Positions 28,457 through 38,520 of a stretch of 64,000 nucleotides of DNA are shown piece by piece. The stretch spans positions 608,001-672,000 of the forward strand of contig CBDFKD010000002.1 in the NCBI GenBank assembly GCA_965248695.1, given 5' to 3'. A program made the position numbers and the translations under genes. Under the pieces are notes generated by a model. It saw only the letters and a program-made list of their open reading frames with translations, was not told the origin of the DNA and searched no databases. Positions within the stretch are counted from its first letter, which is position 1, and every line of letters starts with the position of its first letter. The stretch is from Acidobacteriota bacterium (lineage in GTDB: Bacteria > Acidobacteriota > UBA890 > WLXD01).

Positions 28457-28822
28457 TTAGCGCCGTCCCCGCTTCTTGGCAGCCTTCTTCTTGGTCGCCT
28501 TCTTCTTGGCGGCCTTCTTCTTGGTCGTCTTCTTCTTGGCGGCCTTCTTCTTGGTCGTCTTCTTCTTGGCGGCCTTCTTCTTGGTCGTCTTCTTCTTGGC
28601 GGCCTTCTTCTTGGTCGTCTTCTTCTTGGCGGCCTTCTTCTTGGTGGCCTTCTTCTTGGTCGCCTTCTTCTTGGCGGCCTTCTTCTTGGTCGTCTTCTTC
28701 TTGGCGGCCTTCTTCTTGGTCACCTTCTTTTTGGTCGCCTTCTTCTTGGCGGCTCTCTTCTTGGTCGCCTTCTTCCGAGTTGGCTTCTTCGTTTTCTTCT
28801 TCGTTTTCTTCTTCGCAGCCAC
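28457..28822 (-). CDS. Histone H1/Hc2-like nucleoid protein, almost entirely xxKKK pentapeptide repeats
   Basis: AGAAGGGGG RBS, GTG at 28822, 15-bp repeat encoding AAKKK/TTKKK/ATKKK, and its own terminator. Confidence 0.8.
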   Translation of the reverse strand: MAAKKKTKKKTKKPTRKKATKKRAAKKKATKKKVTKKKAAKKKTTKKKAAKKKATKKKATKKKAAKKKTTKKKAAKKKTTKKKAAKKKTTKKKAAKKKTTKKKAAKKKATKKKAAKKRGRR

Positions 28823-29183
28823 CCCTAACACCCCCTTCTGATGCCCCCAAGAGATCGCGGTTGCCAGAACGGAACCGCCACGAGCCGAAATTATGTTCCA
28901 CGTATACAAGAGGTGTAAGTCGACGCACTGGATTCCTGCAAAAAATGCGCACGGCACGAAACGCTGTTCCGGTGGATTTCAGAGCCGCTGAACTCGGCGT
29001 CCGGCACGGCCAAGAAAGTGCTATTCGGTGACACCGCTGCGGGTTACATTGAGAGTTGTCTGCTCTGTCGGCCCGCGCTCCCCGCGCAAGATGAAACCGA
29101 CCGCTACGGTGCGACGTATCTCTTGGTAGGCGCACCATGAACCCGTCGCGAGAGGATCTCCGGCGGCTCGGACGAACACGACG

Positions 29184-30299
29184 ATGAGAACAGCGCGCGC
29201 GCGAATTTATCTGTCCGGTGTGCTTTTGCTATCGCTGACAACCACGATCGCCTGTGGACCAGGAGACCCGAAGGCCGCCGCCAGTGTTGCCGTTGAAGAC
29301 CCGCCGGATGTTGTCCAACCGGACGCCGTCCCGGTGGTCGTAGCAACGCTGCAGCGGGGGCCCATGGCGTCCTGGATTCTGGCGTCGGGCAATCTCGAGG
29401 CCGTCGAGCTCGTCGATGTGCTCGCGAAGGTTCCGGGGCAGGTGGACAGTCTGCTGGTGGAGGAAGGCGCCCGATTGAGCCGCGGCGACGTGATGGTCGA
29501 GCTCGATCCGAACGAATATCGTCTCGCCGCCGCGCGAGCGGAGGCCGAGGCCGACAAGAAGCGCGCTGATCTGACGCGCTACGAGCGCATGCTCACCGAG
29601 GGCGTGCTGTCGCGCGTAGACTTTGACCAAGCCAAGTACGACCTTCGCCAGGCCGAGCTCGCGCATGAACAGGCCCGCATTGATCTCGGCGAGGCTTCGG
29701 TCCGCGCCCCTATCGACGGTGTGATCAGCGCCCGGATGGTTCATCGCGGCGCTCGGGTCACGGCCAACCAACACCTGTTTACGATCGTCAATCCCGATCG
29801 ACTCTGGGTGCACGTTCACGTGCCTGAGTCCGACCTGCCCGGCTTGGCTCAAGGCCAGCACGCCGAAGTCACGACGGACGTTGTAGCGGCTACCGATTTC
29901 GAAGCGACGGTCGAGCGCATCGCGCCGGTAGTCGATCCGCAATCGGGAACTGCCAAGGTGACCGTGCGTGTCGAGAGCTCCGAGCACCTGAGGCCCGGCA
30001 TGTTCGTGAACGTGCGCATCACCACCGCGCGTCGCACCGATGCTCTGCTGTTGCCGAAGCGCGCGATCGTCTATGCAGGAGACGCGACAACCGTGTACCG
30101 AGTCGATGGCGAGGAGCCCGACCTGGAAGCCACGCAGGTTCCGGTTCGGCTGGGCTCTGGAAACGCTGAATGGGTCGAGGTCCTGAGCGGTGCAGAGCTG
30201 GGTGATCGGATCGTCACACTCGGCCACGACTCGCTGCGTACCGGCTTGCCCGTGCGACTCGTCAGCGGTGGCGCGGTGGGCCTCGCGACCGAACGCTAA
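29184..30299 (+). CDS. RND efflux membrane fusion (adaptor) lipoprotein
   Basis: TTIAC lipobox; lipoyl halves (VEEGARL, VRAPIDGV); LRPGMFV. Confidence 0.92.
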   Translation: MRTARARIYLSGVLLLSLTTTIACGPGDPKAAASVAVEDPPDVVQPDAVPVVVATLQRGPMASWILASGNLEAVELVDVLAKVPGQVDSLLVEEGARLSRGDVMVELDPNEYRLAAARAEAEADKKRADLTRYERMLTEGVLSRVDFDQAKYDLRQAELAHEQARIDLGEASVRAPIDGVISARMVHRGARVTANQHLFTIVNPDRLWVHVHVPESDLPGLAQGQHAEVTTDVVAATDFEATVERIAPVVDPQSGTAKVTVRVESSEHLRPGMFVNVRITTARRTDALLLPKRAIVYAGDATTVYRVDGEEPDLEATQVPVRLGSGNAEWVEVLSGAELGDRIVTLGHDSLRTGLPVRLVSGGAVGLATER

Positions 30300-30305
30300 C
30301 AGGGC

Positions 30306-33300
30306 GTGACGAAGGCGCCGCAGGCAGCGGCCGCGATGACGGATCCCGTCGGCAGCGACAACGCTACTAGCCAGAGCTTCGCATTCACCACGCGCCGGCC
30401 GGTGGCAATTCTGATGTCGTTCCTCGCCCTGGGCGTGTTCGGCGGCGTCTCGTACAGCCTGCTGCCGTTGAACCTGATGCCGGACCTCACCTACCCCAGC
30501 CTCACGGTTCGAACGGAGTTCCCGGGCAGCGCCCCCGAAGAGGTCGAGACAGCAGTATCACGACCGGTCGAACGAGAGCTGGGAGTGGTCGCCGGCCTGG
30601 TTCGCATTTCCTCCGTTTCTCGCGCGGGGCTGTCCGACGTGATCCTCGACTTCGCGTGGGGGACAGACATGAACAGCGCCACCCAAGAGGTACGCGAGAA
30701 GCTCGACCAAGTATTCCTCCCTGACGAGGCCTCACGTCCGCTGATCCTCCGCTACGATCCGCAGCTCGACCCGGTAATTCGGCTCGGCCTGCACGGCGAG
30801 CGCGATCTGTACTTCCTGCGGGTGCACGCCGAAGAGGAGATTCGGCGCGACCTCGAATCGCTCCCGGGAGTCGCCGCCGTCAAGGTAAAAGGCGGCCTCG
30901 AGGAAGAGATTCGCGTCGAGCTCGACGAACGACGGCTGTCAACATTCCGCTTGTCGATCGCCGAAGTCGGGAGCCGTCTGGCAGCCGCCAACGTGAACCT
31001 CGCCGGCGGCAACCTCCAAGAGGGGCAAACCGAGTACGTGGTTCGCACCTTGAACGAGTTTCGCAGTCTCGATGAGATCTCGGAGATCGCCGTGGCTCTC
31101 CGTGATGGCGCGACGGTACGCGTCCGCGATGTCGGCGTTGTGTTTCGCGATCATGTCGAACGCGACGTAATCACTCGTGTGAACGGAGAGGAAAGCGTCG
31201 AGATCGCGGTCTTCAAGGAGGCGGACGCGAATATCGTCGAGGTGGCCGACACGATTCGGACCCGGGTCTTCGGCTCAGCGGCTCAACGAGCGTTCGAAAC
31301 GAAAATCTCTACCGGCGGATCGACCGAGGACCGGCGCGCTCAGGAGAGGCTGTCACGCCAGATGACCAACTACCTGGCGTACACGCTTCCCCCCGGGGTC
31401 TCGATCACCCTGCTGTCCGACCAATCGACCTTCATCGAGAACGCCATTGACGAAGTGCGCTCCACCGCTGTCTGGGGCGGGATTCTGGCGATCGTCGTGT
31501 TGTATCTGTTCCTTCGCCGGCTCGTACCGACGTTGATCATCGCCGTGGCCATCCCGGTATCGATCGTCGCCACCTTCGCGCCGATGCTACAGGTCGGCGT
31601 GTCGCTCAACATCATGAGCTTGGGCGGACTGGCGCTGGGCATCGGCATGCTGGTGGACAATTCCGTCGTGGTGCTGGAGAGCATCACTCGGTGCCGTGAG
31701 GAGGGCGACACGATGATCGCGGCGGTCATCCGCGGCACCGGCGAGGTGGGCACGGCCGTAATCGCCTCCACGCTCACCACGGTTGCCGTCTTCGCGCCGA
31801 TCGTGTTCGTGGAGGGCGTCGCCGGACAGGTCTTCGGCGATCTCTCGCTGACCGTCGTGTTCTCGCTCCTCACATCGTTGCTCGCGGCTCTGTTTCTGGT
31901 ACCGATGCTGGCGTCGCGCCCATTTCTTGCTTCGCTCGAGTCCCTCGGAACCGCGCCAGCCTCAGCGGAAGACGACGACGAGGCCCCCATCGGTCTTGCG
32001 GCCGCGATACGGCGGCACGCCAGCGGTCCGATCGGCCGTGCGCCGATGATCCTCCTGTGGTCGCTGCTCGGGGTACCACTCGTCCTCGGAAAGACCATCT
32101 TGCTGGCAGCAGCGATTCTATCGGCGCCGCTGTGGGCCTGGCGGATCAGATGGAGTCGGCTGGTCGTGTTCGGCAACGCCCAGACGGCTTTCGGATACGC
32201 ACCGTACACACACGTGTGGGCGGAGCTGCTGGAGTTCACGACACCGGGAGCCCTGCAACAAAGCGTCGTCGGACTACTCGAGGATGGCCGACGCCCCAGC
32301 AAGCTGGCGCGCCTCCTGTGGCTGCCCGTCGCGCTCGTTGCCGGCGCCTACGTATTGTTGCTTCGCACGCCACTGCAGTTGCTGTTGTCGGCCATTGGCA
32401 AGTTGCTCGTGGCACTAGGTATCGCGCTGGCTGTGGCGCTGAGCGCCGCTGCCGGTACGATTGTGGGCCTCCTGATCTTGCTCGCCTCTCCGTTCCTGCG
32501 GATCTTCGACGCCGTACTCAACATCGTACGCCGAGCCTATCCGCCTGTGCTTCGGGGGGCACTTGCTCAACCGGAGATCACCGCCGCTACGCTGCTCGCT
32601 CTGACCGCGGTGACTTTGTGGACGGTAACGCCTCGACTCGGCATGGAGCTCATTCCCGAGGTCCGACAACGGATCTTCGACGTTCAGGCCCGGCTGCCGG
32701 TTGGGACTCCCTTAGAGGCTACCGACGCCACTCTCCTACCCCTGGAGCAACGGATCCGCGCGGAATCGGGAGTCGAAGCGGTGGCGACGGCCATCGGCGT
32801 GGACCGCGACGAGTTCGATCCTGACCCTGAGGCCGGCGAGCATAGCGGCCGCTTCACGGTACGGCTGCAGCGCGGCGATGCTCCATTGCGGAGCGAAGAC
32901 GACGTCATTGCCGCGGTGCGCGCCGCGCTCGCCGGCACGCCGAACGTGGTCACCAAGATCTCACGCCCGGCGATCTTCTCGACCAAGACCCCGATCGAGG
33001 TAGAGGTTCGGGCCAACGACCTGGAAACCCTCCGGGTGGTGTCGGAGGAAGTCGCTGTCCGACTTGCGGGGTTGGGTGGGCTTACCGACGTCAAGTCAAC
33101 GCTGCAACGCGGCCATCCCGAGATCCAGATCCACTACGATCGAGAGCGCCTGTCACGCTACGGGCTCGACATATCCCAGGTGGCCGGGCTCGTCCGCAAC
33201 AAAGTGCAGGGTGATGTCGCCAGCCGGTTCCGCCGCGGTGACCGGCGAGTTGATATTCGCGTGCGCGTCCGGCCTGAGGATCGGGCAACGATCGCCGACC

Positions 33301-34043
33301 TGCATCGCCTCGTGGTCAACCCTGGACAGCCCAACCCGATCCGGCTGGACTCCGTCGCCGATCTGCGCCTGGCGGAAGGGCCGAGCGAGGTGCGCCGGAT
33401 CGATCAGCGGCGATCGGCGGTTATATCAGCCAACACCAGTATCGATTTGGCGTCAGCCACTACCGCCATCGAGGACGAGTTGCTCGAGCTTCGCCACCCG
33501 GGAGACTACTCGTTCGCGGTCACCGGCCAGCGCGAGGAGATGGAGCGCTCCACGCGCTCGTTGACGTTCGCCCTGTCGCTGGCGATCTTCCTCGTCTACG
33601 TGGTAATGGCGTCGCAGTTCGAGTCCCTGGTGCATCCGTTCGTGATCCTGTTTTCGATCCCGCTAGCCGGTGTCGGTGTAGTTCTCACACTTTGGTGGTT
33701 GCAGATCCCGCTGAGCGTCGTGGTCCTCCTCGGCTGCATCATGCTGGCCGGAATCGTGGTCAACAACGCGATCGTGCTCGTCGACTACATCAACCACCTG
33801 CGGCGCGAGGGGATCAACAAGCTCGACGCGATCGTGACGGCCGGGAGTGTGCGTCTGCGTCCCATCCTCATGACCACGTGTACGACGGTGATCGGACTAT
33901 TGCCGATGGCGATAGGACTCGGCGACGGCGCCGAGATCCGGACGCCGATGGCCGTGACCGTGATCGCCGGCCTACTCACCTCGACCGTCTTGACGCTTGT
34001 CGTCGTGCCTGTCGTGTACGCCGTACTCGACCGCCGCCCTTGA
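30306..34043 (+). CDS. RND (AcrB/MdtB-like) permease 1 with a large internal insertion
   Basis: RRPV, GMLVDNSVVVLE, SQFES, GIVVNNAIVLVD, RLRPILMT. Confidence 0.93.
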   Translation: MTKAPQAAAAMTDPVGSDNATSQSFAFTTRRPVAILMSFLALGVFGGVSYSLLPLNLMPDLTYPSLTVRTEFPGSAPEEVETAVSRPVERELGVVAGLVRISSVSRAGLSDVILDFAWGTDMNSATQEVREKLDQVFLPDEASRPLILRYDPQLDPVIRLGLHGERDLYFLRVHAEEEIRRDLESLPGVAAVKVKGGLEEEIRVELDERRLSTFRLSIAEVGSRLAAANVNLAGGNLQEGQTEYVVRTLNEFRSLDEISEIAVALRDGATVRVRDVGVVFRDHVERDVITRVNGEESVEIAVFKEADANIVEVADTIRTRVFGSAAQRAFETKISTGGSTEDRRAQERLSRQMTNYLAYTLPPGVSITLLSDQSTFIENAIDEVRSTAVWGGILAIVVLYLFLRRLVPTLIIAVAIPVSIVATFAPMLQVGVSLNIMSLGGLALGIGMLVDNSVVVLESITRCREEGDTMIAAVIRGTGEVGTAVIASTLTTVAVFAPIVFVEGVAGQVFGDLSLTVVFSLLTSLLAALFLVPMLASRPFLASLESLGTAPASAEDDDEAPIGLAAAIRRHASGPIGRAPMILLWSLLGVPLVLGKTILLAAAILSAPLWAWRIRWSRLVVFGNAQTAFGYAPYTHVWAELLEFTTPGALQQSVVGLLEDGRRPSKLARLLWLPVALVAGAYVLLLRTPLQLLLSAIGKLLVALGIALAVALSAAAGTIVGLLILLASPFLRIFDAVLNIVRRAYPPVLRGALAQPEITAATLLALTAVTLWTVTPRLGMELIPEVRQRIFDVQARLPVGTPLEATDATLLPLEQRIRAESGVEAVATAIGVDRDEFDPDPEAGEHSGRFTVRLQRGDAPLRSEDDVIAAVRAALAGTPNVVTKISRPAIFSTKTPIEVEVRANDLETLRVVSEEVAVRLAGLGGLTDVKSTLQRGHPEIQIHYDRERLSRYGLDISQVAGLVRNKVQGDVASRFRRGDRRVDIRVRVRPEDRATIADLHRLVVNPGQPNPIRLDSVADLRLAEGPSEVRRIDQRRSAVISANTSIDLASATTAIEDELLELRHPGDYSFAVTGQREEMERSTRSLTFALSLAIFLVYVVMASQFESLVHPFVILFSIPLAGVGVVLTLWWLQIPLSVVVLLGCIMLAGIVVNNAIVLVDYINHLRREGINKLDAIVTAGSVRLRPILMTTCTTVIGLLPMAIGLGDGAEIRTPMAVTVIAGLLTSTVLTLVVVPVVYAVLDRRP

Positions 34044-34062
34044 ACTCCCTATCGAGTCACTC

Positions 34063-37000
34063 ATGAAGAACTCACGAGCCTCGTTGCTCCCGCGCCTGTC
34101 GGTTCGCCGTCCGGTCACCATGCTGATGATCTACACGGCGATGCTGGTACTGGGGATGATCTCCTACAGTCGGCTGCCCATTGATCTGATGCCGTCAGGA
34201 TTCTCCCCCGCGTTCCTCGGCGTGTGGATCCCCTACGCCAACAGCACACCTGCCGAGGTCGAGCAGACAATTGCTCGCCCGGTCGAGGGCATGCTCGGCA
34301 CGATCTCCGGTGTGCGCTCGATCAGCAGCAACAGCACCGCCGACGGTTGTTGGGTGTTCCTGCGCTTCTATCAGAGCACCGAGATGGATACCGCCTACGC
34401 CGACGTGCGCGACCGCATGGATCGGGTGATGGCGGAGCTTCCCGACGACATTGAGAGAACCTTCGTGCGCAAGTTCGCCAGCGACGCGCAACCGATCTTG
34501 TGGGCAGGGTTGGAGATCAAGCGGCAGATCGAGGATCCCTACACCCTGATCGACGAGACGCTGTCGCGCGAGTTGCTGCGCATCGACGGCGTGGCCAATG
34601 TCGAGACGTTCGGCGTACCGCAGCGCGCCATCCACGTCATGCTCGACCAGGAGCGCGTCAAGGCACACCGAGTCGATCTGGCCGTGCTCGCCACGCAACT
34701 TCAGAGCGACAACTTCAGCTTGTCTTCGGGCTGGGTCATCGAGGGTGCGCGCAAGATGTACGTGCGATCGATGGGCCGCTATCAGAACGCAGACGAAGTC
34801 GCGGCAATCCGGGTCAACGCCCGGGGCGTCACGCTCGGTGACATCGCGACCGTCAGCTACGAGGAACCGGAGCGCCGGTCGATCTCGCGCATCGGCGGCC
34901 GGCGCGGCGCGATGATCTCGGTGGTCAAGGAGTCCACCGCCAACACCGCCGCCGTCGGCGCTGCGGTAATTCGGCGCGTCGACGAGATCTTCGCCACCAA
35001 TCCGGCCCTCGCGGGCATCGAGTTTCGCCCGCTGTTCAATCAGGCCGAACTGATCGGCGAATCCATCTCGCAGCTGCAGGATTCGATGCTATGGGGCGCC
35101 GGGTTCGCGGTGTTCGTACTGTTCTTCTTCCTACGCCGAATCCGGATGACGCTCGCAGTGGCACTGGCGATGCCGGTGTCACTACTGGTCGCCGTGATCG
35201 CCCTCTATTTCGTCGGCTGGTCACTCAACGTCGTCACCATGATGGGCATCATGATTTGCGTCGGCCTCGTGGTCGACAACGCGATCGTGGTGATCGAGAA
35301 CATCTATCGTTGTTCCCAGCAAGGCGACCCGCCCCGCGAGGCGGCCGAACGTGGCGCCTCACAAGTGGTGCTGGCAATCACCATCGCTACGCTGACCACC
35401 GTGGTCGTGATCGTGCCGTTGGTCATCATGAACGACGACGTCGGGTTCTCGTTCTATATGCTGCGGCTCGGGACACCCATGGTTGTCGGCGTGCTGGCCT
35501 CACTGGTGGTCGGGCTCACGTTGATCCCGCTGCTGACCGTGCGCCTCCCCATGCGGTCCGTGCGCGAGCCACGCATCATCACCGCCACGACGAACGCTTA
35601 TCGGAGAGCAGCCGCGTGGGTGCTCGATCATCGCCTCGACGCCAGCCTCGTCATGGTGGCGATCATCGCCAGCGTCGCGCTGCCGGCCTCAGGCGTCTCG
35701 TTCACCGACCAGTCCGAGGGCAACATCGGAAACATCCGGGTGCAGCTGGAGCTGCCGCGCAACATAGATCTCGAACAGGCCGAGTCGCTGGTGGCGTTGA
35801 TGGAGGAATCTGTCTACGTCCACGAGGACGCCTGGCGGATCCGGACCGTGACATCGCGCTTGAACCCGGGTGGCAACGGCAGTCTCGAGATCTTCTTGAG
35901 GCCATCGGAGAGACTGTCGTGGTGGCGATACGCAGCCCGACGCTTCGGTGCCCGTTATGTCGGAACCGACCCTGGCCCGCCGGGGCGGGAGGAGATTCTC
36001 ACGCAGCTTCCAGACGTCCTGCCGGTGCTACCGGGCGTCGAGTACGAGCTTGCCGAAGCCGGCGAGCAGGAATCGAGCGACCGCCTCATCAGGCTGGTGC
36101 TGTACGGCGACGACACCGACCGGTTGGTGACCATGGCGGCGCGCGTCGCCGATCAGCTGCGCGGACGGCCGGGTGTGCTGACGGTTACCTCTGCCCTCGA
36201 GCGCGGGCAGGACGAGCTGCAGGTCCGCATTGACCGCAAGCTCGCCGAGCAGGCGGGGGTAACTCCACAGACGGCAGCTCGCCTGATCAACTTCTCGCTG
36301 CGCGGAGTCGAGCTTCCGGAGCTGCGGGTCGGTGAGCGAGAGATCGACGTCCGCTTCCAGCTTGCGGAGGAGGACCGCGAGACCTTGCAACAGCTGCGTG
36401 ACCTGCGTCTCACCGCCCCCAGCGGCGCCGAGGTGCCGCTCGGCGCAGTGGCGAAGTTCTCGGTAACCCGCAGCCCAGGGGTGATCAACCGACGCGACGG
36501 CAAGACTGCAATCACGATTCGAGTGATCACCAGCGAGGACGATATCGATCGGGTATATGACTCGATCGACTCGGCCATGGCTACCGTACCGCTACCGACG
36601 GGGGTGAGCTGGGACAAGGGCGACCGCTTCGCGCGCCTGCAGGAGAGCAATCAGGCCCAGCTGATGGGCCTGGTATTGGTCGTCGCGCTCGTGTTCATCC
36701 TCATGGCGGTGCTGTTCGAGTCGCTGCTACTGCCGTTCTCGGTAATCCTGACGCTTCCGTTCGCGCTCGTTGGACTCTTCTGGGCGTTGTATCTGACCGG
36801 CACCTCCAACAACACGTTCACCGGCATCGGCATGCTCGTGCTGATCGGCATCGTGGTGAACAACGCCATCGTCCTGGTCGACCTTGCCAACCGACTTCGC
36901 GCCGAGGGCATGAGTCGGCGCGATGCGCTCGTCGCGGCCGTCGAGCAACGTCTACGCCCGATCGCGATGACGGCGATGACGACGATCTTCGGCTTGCTAC

Positions 37001-37200
37001 CGATGTCGATCGGAAACGTAGACATGATCGGTATCTCGTACGCCGGAATGGGACGCGGAATGGCCGGAGGCCTGCTGCTGCACTCGATCGTAACGCCGCT
37101 GGCGGTTCCCTTGCTGTACACGCTGCTGGACGATCTGCGCGCCGTCGCTGACCTGACCCCGCGGTTAGTACCATGTCTTATCTCAGTAACTCGGTGCTGA
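34063..37200 (+). CDS. RND (AcrB/MdtC-like) permease 2, C-terminal tail replaced by IS sequence
   Basis: RRPV, GLVVDNAIVV, LFES, RLRPIAMT. The last 16 codons read into the IS end. Start taken at ATG 34063. Confidence 0.92.
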   Translation: MKNSRASLLPRLSVRRPVTMLMIYTAMLVLGMISYSRLPIDLMPSGFSPAFLGVWIPYANSTPAEVEQTIARPVEGMLGTISGVRSISSNSTADGCWVFLRFYQSTEMDTAYADVRDRMDRVMAELPDDIERTFVRKFASDAQPILWAGLEIKRQIEDPYTLIDETLSRELLRIDGVANVETFGVPQRAIHVMLDQERVKAHRVDLAVLATQLQSDNFSLSSGWVIEGARKMYVRSMGRYQNADEVAAIRVNARGVTLGDIATVSYEEPERRSISRIGGRRGAMISVVKESTANTAAVGAAVIRRVDEIFATNPALAGIEFRPLFNQAELIGESISQLQDSMLWGAGFAVFVLFFFLRRIRMTLAVALAMPVSLLVAVIALYFVGWSLNVVTMMGIMICVGLVVDNAIVVIENIYRCSQQGDPPREAAERGASQVVLAITIATLTTVVVIVPLVIMNDDVGFSFYMLRLGTPMVVGVLASLVVGLTLIPLLTVRLPMRSVREPRIITATTNAYRRAAAWVLDHRLDASLVMVAIIASVALPASGVSFTDQSEGNIGNIRVQLELPRNIDLEQAESLVALMEESVYVHEDAWRIRTVTSRLNPGGNGSLEIFLRPSERLSWWRYAARRFGARYVGTDPGPPGREEILTQLPDVLPVLPGVEYELAEAGEQESSDRLIRLVLYGDDTDRLVTMAARVADQLRGRPGVLTVTSALERGQDELQVRIDRKLAEQAGVTPQTAARLINFSLRGVELPELRVGEREIDVRFQLAEEDRETLQQLRDLRLTAPSGAEVPLGAVAKFSVTRSPGVINRRDGKTAITIRVITSEDDIDRVYDSIDSAMATVPLPTGVSWDKGDRFARLQESNQAQLMGLVLVVALVFILMAVLFESLLLPFSVILTLPFALVGLFWALYLTGTSNNTFTGIGMLVLIGIVVNNAIVLVDLANRLRAEGMSRRDALVAAVEQRLRPIAMTAMTTIFGLLPMSIGNVDMIGISYAGMGRGMAGGLLLHSIVTPLAVPLLYTLLDDLRAVADLTPRLVPCLISVTRC

Positions 37201-38076
37201 CAAGAGGTTGTTGAGGCCGGCGAAGCGGAGCGCAGCCGGCTTCAACAACGTCGCTTCGGGTGCGGGCGGCCGATAGCTCAGCGAGCTGTGCGGTCGCATG
37301 CGGTTGTAGTGCTGACGCCATCTCTCGATCAGAACCTTTGCCTCCTTGAGCGTGTAGAAGATCTCTCCATCCAGCAGCTCGTCGCGTAGCTTGCCGTTGA
37401 AGCTCTCCACGTAACCGTTCTCCCACGGCGAGCCCGGCTCGATGAACAGCGTCCCCACGCCCAACCGGCCCAGCCAGTCGCGAACCGCCTCGGCGGTGAA
37501 CTCTGGTCCGTTATCCGACCGGATGTGCTCAGGTATGCCCCGGTGTACGAACAACCTCCCGAGCTGCTCCAGCACGTCCTCAGAGTTGAGCTTCCGTGCT
37601 ACATGGATCGCCAGGCTTTCTCGTGTGTACTCATCGACGATCGTCAGCAGCCTCATAGCCCGACCGTCGTGCGTCCGGTGGTGCAGGAAGTCATACGCCC
37701 AGACATGATCCCGGTGCTGTGGGCGCAGCCGGATGCAGGAGCCATCGCTCAGCCACAGCCGTGCTCGTTTGGGCTGTTTTCTCGGTACTTTCAGCCCTTC
37801 GCGCCGCCAGATACGCTGCACTCGTTTGTGGTTCACGGACCAGCCCTCCATGCGCAGCAACGCTGTCACCCTCCGATATCCGTAGCGCCCGTACTGTCGG
37901 GCTAAATCCACGATCCGCTCCGTCAAAATCTGCTCCTGTTGCGGCTCTCTTGGCACGTACCGGTGTGTCGTGCGTGGTTGTTTCAGTACCCGACACGCCC
38001 GCCTCTCCGAGACGCCCAGCCGCCCCCGTACATGTGCCACCGCCTCTCGCCGCCGAGCTGGGCTCAGAAGTTTCCC
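37183..38076 (-). CDS. IS3 transposase OrfB (DDE integrase core), reached by -1 frameshift
   Basis: YGYRR, WAYDF, DEYTRE, SDNGPEF, PWENGYVESFNG; slippery G GGA AAC at 38076-38070. Confidence 0.93.
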   Translation of the reverse strand, partial: GKLLSPARRREAVAHVRGRLGVSERRACRVLKQPRTTHRYVPREPQQEQILTERIVDLARQYGRYGYRRVTALLRMEGWSVNHKRVQRIWRREGLKVPRKQPKRARLWLSDGSCIRLRPQHRDHVWAYDFLHHRTHDGRAMRLLTIVDEYTRESLAIHVARKLNSEDVLEQLGRLFVHRGIPEHIRSDNGPEFTAEAVRDWLGRLGVGTLFIEPGSPWENGYVESFNGKLRDELLDGEIFYTLKEAKVLIERWRQHYNRMRPHSSLSYRPPAPEATLLKPAALRFAGLNNLLSAPSY

Positions 38077-38342
38077 TCCGCCACTTCCTTCAGGATCGAC
38101 AGGTCGAGTTCCTTTTCCGCCACCAGCCTCTTGAGCCGGGCATTCTCCTTCTCCAGTTGCTTGAGCTTTCTGGCCTGGTTGAGCTTCAGTCCGCCGTACT
38201 CTCGCCGCCACCGGTAGTAGGTGTGCTCGGTGATTGCTAGCTTGCGGCAGGCATCCTTGACCGTCGCCCCTCGAGCCAGCTCCACCTCAGCCTCCCGGAG
38301 CTTGCGTACGATCTGCTCGGCGCTGTGCCTCTTACTCGGCAT
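38064..38342 (-). CDS. IS3 transposase OrfA (HTH)
   Basis: HSAEQIVRKLREAE...TYYRWRREYGG...LEKENARLKRLVA. Confidence 0.93.
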   Translation of the reverse strand: MPSKRHSAEQIVRKLREAEVELARGATVKDACRKLAITEHTYYRWRREYGGLKLNQARKLKQLEKENARLKRLVAEKELDLSILKEVAEGNF

Positions 38343-38520
38343 TCTGACCTCCCGTTCTTGACCCAGATCGTGAGATTACATCCGGATCCGTTTTCGGGGG
38401 TCAGGTCATCGCCACGCGGGCCGTCGGCACTATGTTCAGCGCACCAACCCTTCCCTCGGAGACCAGCGCCGGGCACTAGTGGCCTACGCTTTGTGGCGCT
38501 CGCAGCGCGAGCGAAACCGG

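Larger units (their letters stand above)
37149..38408 (-). mobile_element. IS3-family (IS407-group-like) insertion sequence, 1260 bp
   Basis: Terminal inverted repeats beginning TGACCTGACCCC at both ends; TCGC direct repeat at 37145-37148 and 38409-38412; orfA/orfB layout. Confidence 0.96.
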
